64,000 nt of DNA, from positions 896,001-960,000 of the forward strand of contig CBDHHL010000056.1 of the NCBI GenBank assembly GCA_965263355.1, read 5' to 3'. The first letter of the stretch is position 1; every line of letters begins with the position of its first letter. Of this stretch, positions 57,580 to 64,000 are shown one piece after another. The position numbers and the translations under genes are program-made. This DNA comes from Leptolyngbyaceae cyanobacterium (GTDB taxonomy: Bacteria > Cyanobacteriota > Cyanobacteriia > Phormidesmidales > Phormidesmidaceae). The notes beneath the pieces were generated by a model, which saw only the letters and a list, made by a program, of their open reading frames with translations, did no database searches and was not told the origin of the DNA.

Positions 57580-58926
57580 TTAAACACTCACAAGGACATT
57601 AACCCGTTCCCCAGTCAGGCTAAAGGCCCGCACCTCCGTAATTTTTACATCGATAATTTTGCCCTTGAGTTCGTTGATATCGCCTTTACAGAACGTTAGA
57701 CGATTGGTCCGTGTACGGCCCATCACCTGATCAGGATTTTTCGGATTCACCGCTTCAACCAGCACCCGTTCCAGACGATTGGCATAGCGCTGGGAGCGTT
57801 CAGCCGCTTTAATCGATACTAGATGATTTAACCGCTGTAGACGGTCGCTTTTGGTGGCTTCATCCAGCTGGTTATCCCACAGGGCTGCGGGTGTATTTGG
57901 CCGGGGGGAATAGGCTGCCGTATTCAGCTGGTCAAAGCCAATGTCATCCACTAGCTTTAGGGTGTTTTGAAACTGCGCTTCGGTTTCACCGGGAAAACCT
58001 ACAATAGCATCGGCGCTAATGGCGGCATCGGGCACATAGCGACGAACGGTATCAATAATGCGACGATATTTCTCGTGGGTATACCCCCTGGCCATGGCCT
58101 TGAGTAAATCATTGTCACCGGACTGAAAGGGAATATGGAAATGCTCACAGACCTTAGGCAACTCGGCACAGGCCTTAATCAGACGCTCGGTAAAGTAGCG
58201 AGGATGGCTGGTGGCAAAGCGAATGCGCTCAATACCGGGCACATCATGGACGTAGTAGAGCAGGTCTGTCAGGGTATTTTGACGGCGGCCTTCAGGGGTA
58301 ATGCCGGGTAAATCACGGCCATAGGCATCGATATTTTGCCCCAGCAGCGTCACTTCGGTATAGCCCTGTTGCCCCAAGTCCTGCATCTCAGCCCGGATTG
58401 CTTCGGGGGTACGGGACTGTTCAATACCGCGTACGCCAGGCACGACGCAGTAGGTACATCGCTCATTACAGCCATAGATGACGTTGACCCAGGCACTGAT
58501 TTTGCTATCGCGTCGGGGTTTTGTAATGTCTTCCATAATGTGGACAGGCTCGGTGGCGACCACCTGATTACCGTCAAACACCTGCTCCAGCAAATCTCCT
58601 AGACGATTGGCATGCTGTGGTCCCATGACCAGATCCAGCTCAGGCACTCGGCGGAGTAAGGCCTCACCTTCTTGCTGCGCTACGCATCCTGCCACGATCA
58701 GGGTGACATTGGGATCTGACTGCTTACGCTTTGCCTGCTTACCGAGGTAGGAATAGACCTTTTGCTCGGCATTGTCTCGAATGGAGCAGGTGTTGTAGAG
58801 CACTACGTCTGCCTCTAAGGGATTTTCAGTCCAGTTCATCCCCATGTCATCTAAGATGCCAGCCATCCGCTCAGAGTCGGCTTTGTTCATCTGACAACCA
58901 AATGTAGTGATGTGATAACGGCGCAT
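57580..58926 (-). CDS. miaB: tRNA-2-methylthio-N6-dimethylallyladenosine synthase MiaB
   Basis: TFGCQMN, NTCSIR, AGCVAQ, radical [22 protein letters not shown]-terminal TRAM domain. Confidence 0.97.
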   Translation of the reverse strand: MRRYHITTFGCQMNKADSERMAGILDDMGMNWTENPLEADVVLYNTCSIRDNAEQKVYSYLGKQAKRKQSDPNVTLIVAGCVAQQEGEALLRRVPELDLVMGPQHANRLGDLLEQVFDGNQVVATEPVHIMEDITKPRRDSKISAWVNVIYGCNERCTYCVVPGVRGIEQSRTPEAIRAEMQDLGQQGYTEVTLLGQNIDAYGRDLPGITPEGRRQNTLTDLLYYVHDVPGIERIRFATSHPRYFTERLIKACAELPKVCEHFHIPFQSGDNDLLKAMARGYTHEKYRRIIDTVRRYVPDAAISADAIVGFPGETEAQFQNTLKLVDDIGFDQLNTAAYSPRPNTPAALWDNQLDEATKSDRLQRLNHLVSIKAAERSQRYANRLERVLVEAVNPKNPDQVMGRTRTNRLTFCKGDINELKGKIIDVKITEVRAFSLTGERVNVLVSV

Positions 58927-59671
58927 GGGGGTTTAGGGAAATATAGATCTTAGAAAAGCGAAGGCAATTCCCTATTGTGCCACAGCGATGGCTCCCTTGC
59001 GACTGTTATCTCCCACCCCATACAGGCCACCGCTTTCATCCAGGCTGACGGTATGCGCCCCAAAACATGTTCTAAACAGCCGTTAATCATATACAAGCTC
59101 ATTAAAAGAATTAATTTAACCAAAGTTCTTGAAGATTACACAATCGATACAATACCTGTTGTCTCTGAAGGATTCTATTATTGCAAAGTGGTCATCTTTT
59201 TTGTAAGAAGATCTCCTAAACCAATTACTAAGACTCATTCAGAAGTTATTTGTTTAAGCCTCTATTAGAGAAGCATATGCTCTCAGAGATTGTTAACTTT
59301 AGTCTATAAGTCCCCTATCAAAAGCACAATGCTCTATATTGTTATTGAAGCGAAATGAATCGCTTCCCTGGCAGATTAAACAGCTGGAGAATACAAGAAA
59401 AGAGGTAAGGCTGTTGCATATTCTGTCTCGTTTAGGCCAACACCCAACGGGTCACGCTGATACATCCTATCGCTGATGAGTAGGGAGCTATGCTAAGGTT
59501 GTTGAGTAATACGCTCAAAGGGCAATTACGAGGTAACAAAATGCATCTCCAGGTACTAACGAACTAACGGAAAGGATGTTCCTCGGTGAGACAGTTGGGT
59601 GTTGTGCTTTAATTTCACGAGTACTTCTGCCTACTTAGGCTGCTCACTAAAGTCGTTATTCTAGAGATTTT

Positions 59672-60097
59672 TTACAGCTTGGCTAACCATTTTTCAGCTC
59701 GGGCATAGTTATCTTTCTGAACCTGTTTGATAGTTTGCTTGAAATTGAGCGTAACGCCCCATACATCAGTAGAAAAGCGTTTTTCTTGCTTCATTCGCTC
59801 AAAGAAATTGACCGCCTCAATATGTGACAACCCGCCTTCTGACTTAGCAATGTGCATAAAGACATCAAACACATTGTCAGCCATGCGAGCATCCCCACAA
59901 ACATAATAATGACACTGAGGATGACTCAGCTGTTGCCAAAGGTTTGCTGCCTGCTGTTGCATTAACGTCTGCACATAAACCTTTTCCTCTGTCAAACGCG
60001 AGAATGCTACCTGTAAATCAGTCAATACTCCCTGCTCCAGCCAAGTCTTGAGCTGATCCTCGTAAAGAAAATCACCATGATTGCGGCAGCCAAAATA
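59672..60097 (-). pseudogene. C-terminal remnant of a diflavin reductase domain (nitric oxide synthase/CysJ-like NADPH-binding domain)
   Basis: The frame extends upstream of the listed [54 protein letters not shown]. It begins right after an in-frame TAG, with no start codon and no FMN/FAD domains. Confidence 0.82.
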
Positions 60098-60101
60098 CTA
60101 G

Positions 60102-60196
60102 ATTGTTCTTGGAAAGGATGCAAAGAACTTTCACCATAGGTCCCTATAATAAATTGTTCTTGGGAAGGATGCAAAGAACTTTTAGCATAGATCCCT
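60102..60196. repeat. Two 44-bp direct repeats (period 51) at the pseudogene breakpoint
   Basis: attgttcttggaaaggatgcaaagaactttcaccataggtccct vs attgttcttgggaaggatgcaaagaacttttagcatagatccct (40/44). Confidence 0.85.
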
Positions 60197-60569
60197 GTTT
60201 TCCAAATATCTTTCTCCCCTGGAGGGGAGTATAAAATATCATCTGTGACTTTATATTGACTCTTCTGCGGAACAGTACTACATCACCAGTCCTGTACTCA
60301 CCATTGTAGAAGCCAAAAACGAAGTTTATTGATATTGAGGACTATTACATCAATCAGGTAGATAAAATCCTCGGGATCTTGACCTCCAGTTTTCACTAGT
60401 AGGGCGATAACGGTGTACACACAATGTTTCACTAAATAAACAAGAGTTGAAGCATAAGGCCTCAACCCTTTTTGTCTATCGACATAAAACACATGGATCT
60501 GGTTTATTTAGACTTGGTGCCCCATGCGTAGAAAAACTTTAAATTGGAGAAGAGCCCTATAAGCAATGC

Positions 60570-60722
60570 CTAAGCCTTCGGATAAAAAATAGGAATTACA
60601 CCAGGAGGAAAGCCAGGAAAATGGAATCCGCCTTTGGTAGATTCTTGTTGCTCAACAGTTAACGGCTTCCAGAGGGATTGGGATTTTTTCTGTGACTGAG
60701 ATGTTTTTTGAGTCTTAGACAT
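60570..60722 (-). CDS. Putative double-glycine-leader peptide precursor (bacteriocin/RiPP-like), 50 aa
   Basis: Not in the ORF track. Translates as MSKTQKTSQSQKKSQSLWKPLTVEQQESTKGG-FHFPGFPPGVIPIFYPKA*; the L(S/T)xE(E/Q)QxxxxGG leader precedes a hydrophobic core. Confidence 0.62.
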   Translation of the reverse strand: MSKTQKTSQSQKKSQSLWKPLTVEQQESTKGGFHFPGFPPGVIPIFYPKA

Positions 60723-61217
60723 GGCTCAATAAAGTGAGTTTAATGAATACGAGATATTACATATTTATTAAACTTATCTCTCTCTGTTAAATCACCTAGG
60801 AAAACTCTGGAGTGATGGATAAAGTTTACGTATGTAATCGGCCTAATTTAGGCAAATACTGTGAAGTAACTTGAAATTAATTGAGAATGTTAGAAAAGAG
60901 GTTTTTGAATCAGCCATTTGGCGGAAGTCAAACCAAGACAGCCTCAAGACAAGTTCCTGTACCTAGGCTGAAATGTGCTTAGCAAGAAATTGTCGAATTA
61001 AGTCTGCGCTCATTCGCAATCCTGGCTGTCACCATATTCGCCTAAACATAGGCATCTTCTCTGCAAGATTTGAGCAAGCCTATGGGGCTTTAAAAAAATT
61101 AATCATAGACCCTGACTCCGGCTTCGTTTAGCCTGCCACTGCGCGAAGCCGGAGCCTTAATCAATCCTTTACGCGTTTGCGGTATATCTCTGACGATTAA
61201 TTTTAGTTCGATAGCCT

Positions 61218-62243
61218 ATGGCATCTTCCTCCAATAGTGAAGCGTTCTGGCGGTTCTTACTAGAGCGTTTGCTGATCTCACTGCTGACACTCTTGGCTGT
61301 GTCATTTATGATCTACGCTTTAATTGAGCTGATGCCAGGGGATTATGCCGAGCGTGAGCTGTTTCGTAAGTTTTCGGGCACAGGCGTCAGTATCACCCAA
61401 GCTGATATTGAGCAAGCCAGGGCCAATCTTGGTCTAGACCGGCCCTTTTTAGTCCGCTACGTTGAATGGCTGTGGAACGTGGTGACTCGTTTTGACTTTG
61501 GTCCTGCCTTCCGGGTGCGCTCGTCCGTTAATACTATTATTCAGGCTAAGTTTTGGTATACCTTTGTGCTGGTGATTGGGGCCATGGTATTTTCCTACCT
61601 GATTGCCATACCGGTGGGTATCTGGGTGGCCACTCGGAAATCGGGCCTGGGGGATGGATTAGTAACGCTGCTGTCCTATTTGGGATTAGCGATTCCGAAC
61701 TTTGCGATCGCACTCATCCTCCTCATGCTCAACGCCTTTGTATTCAAGTTGGATGTCACCGGTCTCGTCTCCCAGGCCTACAAAAATGAACCCTGGTCCA
61801 TGGCTAAGTTTCTGGACTTTTTAGGCCATGCCTACATTCCATTGTTGGTGCTGGGCTGGTCTACTACTGCCTTTCAGCTTCAAACGATGCGCGGTCTAAT
61901 GAAAGATGAGCTGGGCAAACTCTACGTCACTGCCGCCAAAGCCAGGGGCATGTCTGGTTGGCCCATGTTGTTAAAGTATCCCGCCCGCCACGCCGTCATC
62001 CCCATTGTCTCCACCATTGGTTTTGACTTCTCTCGTTCCTTTAACGAACTGCCCATCGTCGCTTCGATTTTAGTCTTGGGAGAACTGGGCCAAGAACTCC
62101 TGCTTGCCTTTCTCGACGCAGACCAAAATACAGCAGCCGGTATTCTCGTATGTATCACTGGAGTGATTGTCATCGCCAATTTACTCTCGGACATTTTGAT
62201 GGCTGTGCTTGACCCCAGGGTCCGTGCCGGGAGAGCCCTATGA
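61218..62243 (+). CDS. Opp/Dpp/Nik-family ABC transporter permease (OppB/DppB-like)
   Basis: LMPGD, LGLDRP..VRY..W, EAA-like YVTAAKARG, multiple TM helices, LDPRVR end. Confidence 0.92.
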   Translation: MASSSNSEAFWRFLLERLLISLLTLLAVSFMIYALIELMPGDYAERELFRKFSGTGVSITQADIEQARANLGLDRPFLVRYVEWLWNVVTRFDFGPAFRVRSSVNTIIQAKFWYTFVLVIGAMVFSYLIAIPVGIWVATRKSGLGDGLVTLLSYLGLAIPNFAIALILLMLNAFVFKLDVTGLVSQAYKNEPWSMAKFLDFLGHAYIPLLVLGWSTTAFQLQTMRGLMKDELGKLYVTAAKARGMSGWPMLLKYPARHAVIPIVSTIGFDFSRSFNELPIVASILVLGELGQELLLAFLDADQNTAAGILVCITGVIVIANLLSDILMAVLDPRVRAGRAL

Positions 62244-63367
62244 AACCACTCCATAAAAATCGCGAGCGTTACTATACCGCCTCCCAATGGCAGCTGTTCT
62301 GGTCTCGATTTAAGGCCAATCGTCTGGCCGCCATCGGTGGCGCAGTCCTGGGTGTTTTTATCGTTATTTCCCTATTTGCCGAATTCATCGCTCCCTACTC
62401 TGGTCTAGCCAATGATCGGAATGCAGAATATCCAGCTGGACCACCGCAGATGATTCACATCTGTGATGACGCAGGTTGCCGTTGGCCCTTTGTCTACGAA
62501 CTCGCCAGTGGCTACAGCGTGATTGATAAAAGCTACACCTTCGAGATCATTGAAGAGAACGGTGAGCCGATTCGAAAACCACTCCAGCTATTTGCTAAAG
62601 GCGGTCAGTATCGTCTGTTGGGCATACTCCCCAGTGACCGCCATTTATTTGGTGTGGAACGTGGATTTGTTCACCTATTTGGCACGGATAGCAACGGACT
62701 CGACCTCTTTAGTCGGGTAATGTTTGCCACCCGTACTTCGCTGAGTATTGGCTTTCTAGGCATTCTTATTTCCTTTGTACTGAGTCTATTGATCGGGGGC
62801 ATCTCAGGGTATGTCGGGGGTCGCATAGATACCGCCATTCAGGCCTTTACCGATGTCGTCCGCGTCGTGCCTCCCATTCCCCTATACATGGCCCTCACCG
62901 CCATGTTTCCCCGCGACTGGAGCAATCAACAGGTCTACTTTGCCATGACCCTGGTCCTGGGTTTGGTCAACTGGCCCACCCTGGCCCGTCGCATCCGGTC
63001 TTACCTACTCTCGGCCCGAGAAGAAGAATATGTATTAGCTGCTAGACTGTCTGGCGCGAATGGCTGGCGCATCGTCACCCGTCACCTACTCCCCGGATTT
63101 GCCAGCTATATCATTGTGGAACTGGTGATTAATTTCCCCTATCGTATTCTGGACGAGACCGCCCTTTCAATTGTCGGTCTAGGATTACGTCGTCCCACCA
63201 TGTCCTGGGGCGTATTACTCCAGGAAATGACCACGGTTCAAGCCATTCAGCTCACTCCCTGGTTTTTTATCCCGCTGATTTTCTTTATCATCGCTGTGTT
63301 GTCCTTTACCCTCCTGGGCGATGGTCTACGGGATGCGGCTGACCCCTATGCAGGCATCAGGAGATAA
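62240..63367 (+). CDS. Opp/Dpp/Nik-family ABC transporter permease (OppC/DppC-like)
   Basis: FGTDSNGLDLFSR, EYVLAARLSGA, RHLLP, SWG, GDGLRDAADP. ATGA overlap with the upstream gene. Confidence 0.92.
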   Translation: MKPLHKNRERYYTASQWQLFWSRFKANRLAAIGGAVLGVFIVISLFAEFIAPYSGLANDRNAEYPAGPPQMIHICDDAGCRWPFVYELASGYSVIDKSYTFEIIEENGEPIRKPLQLFAKGGQYRLLGILPSDRHLFGVERGFVHLFGTDSNGLDLFSRVMFATRTSLSIGFLGILISFVLSLLIGGISGYVGGRIDTAIQAFTDVVRVVPPIPLYMALTAMFPRDWSNQQVYFAMTLVLGLVNWPTLARRIRSYLLSAREEEYVLAARLSGANGWRIVTRHLLPGFASYIIVELVINFPYRILDETALSIVGLGLRRPTMSWGVLLQEMTTVQAIQLTPWFFIPLIFFIIAVLSFTLLGDGLRDAADPYAGIRR

Positions 63368-63369
63368 AA

Positions 63370-64000
63370 ATGACCCAAGAAGCCCCCCTTCTCCAAGTCT
63401 CTAACCTTTCGGTCACCTTCTCCACCGATGAAGGTACTGTCATCGCTGTAGATGACCTTTCCTTTACCATCAGTCCAGGTCAAACCCTGGGCATTGTTGG
63501 TGAATCTGGTTCTGGTAAATCTGTTTCCACCAAGTCTCTGATGCGACTGTTGCCAGGTAACGCGACCCTGGGGCAGAACAGCCGCATTTTGTATCGTCTC
63601 AAAAACGGTGGCGTCAGTGATTTGGCTCAGCTTGCCCCCAAGCATCGACTACTCAGCCAAATCCGGGGTGGAGAAATCGCCATGATTTTCCAGGAACCCA
63701 GTGCGGCGTTCTCTCCCCTTTACACCATTGGTCACCAAATGGTTGAAGGTATTCGTCTCCATCGTCAGGTGAGTCGCAAAAAGGCACGGGAAACAGCCCT
63801 GGCGATGCTAGAACGGGTAGGCATGACCAATCCAGAACTGCGGTTAGACCAATATGCCTTTCAGCTGTCGGGCGGTATGCGGCAGCGCGCAATGATTGCC
63901 TCTGCCCTAGTGATGCAGCCTGCCCTACTAATTGCCGATGAACCAACCACTGCCCTGGATGTTACTATTCAGGCCCAAATTCTTGACCTCTTAAAAGAGT
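63370..64000 (+). CDS. Opp/Dpp-family ABC ATP-binding protein (OppD/DppD-like), truncated by the right window edge
   Basis: Not in the ORF track. ATG at 63370 gives [61 protein letters not shown]. Confidence 0.93.
   Translation, partial: MTQEAPLLQVSNLSVTFSTDEGTVIAVDDLSFTISPGQTLGIVGESGSGKSVSTKSLMRLLPGNATLGQNSRILYRLKNGGVSDLAQLAPKHRLLSQIRGGEIAMIFQEPSAAFSPLYTIGHQMVEGIRLHRQVSRKKARETALAMLERVGMTNPELRLDQYAFQLSGGMRQRAMIASALVMQPALLIADEPTTALDVTIQAQILDLLKE

Noticed and set aside
60102..60196. Possible mini-CRISPR array
   Set aside because: Only two 44-bp units with a 7-bp gap, and no cas genes.
60298..60492. 64-aa minus-strand ORF downstream of the GG peptide (possible immunity protein)
   Set aside because: No clear RBS or recognisable motif; cannot be supported from sequence alone.
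1..64000. tRNA, rRNA, transposase, integrase or prophage genes
   Set aside because: None recognised by eye; a tRNAscan/Infernal run would be needed to exclude small RNAs rigorously.

Overview
Cyanobacterial genomic DNA: the HIP1 octamer GCGATCGC recurs throughout, and ndk, miaB and a pentapeptide-repeat gene are cyanobacterial in style. The left half (1 to ~33.2 kb) is a hybrid lipopeptide biosynthetic gene cluster that runs off the left edge. Its minus-strand assembly line reads FAAL-ACP-KS-AT-DH(N-half) | luciferase-like monooxygenase-DH(C-half)-KR-ACP | KS-AT | ACP-aminotransferase-(C-A-PCP)x3. It is followed by a proline-4-hydroxylase-like Fe/2OG dioxygenase and an Asp/Glu racemase that is missing from the ORF track. 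A divergent operon encodes a GH13 enzyme, an MFS exporter and a sulfotransferase-SCP2 fusion, and a type II thioesterase converges on it. The inferred product is a hydroxylated beta-amino fatty acyl-(Hyp)-Asn-(D-isoAsp/Glu)... lipopeptide, possibly sulfated or glycosylated. Unusual features of the cluster are a dehydratase split over two genes around a monooxygenase, a split module with a duplicated helix, and a 33-bp cis-element shared by two upstream regions. The right half is mostly core or accessory cyanobacterial genes: an FAD oxidoreductase, lasT, a kinase/regulator/ABC exporter trio with a probable sRNA, three tandem Cache-domain receptors lacking a recognisable MCP tip, ndk, a repeat-rich RTX protein, miaB, a NOS/diflavin reductase remnant, an unannotated double-glycine peptide precursor and an Opp/Dpp-type ABC operon cut by the right edge. 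All calls come from reading motifs by eye; no database searches were run.
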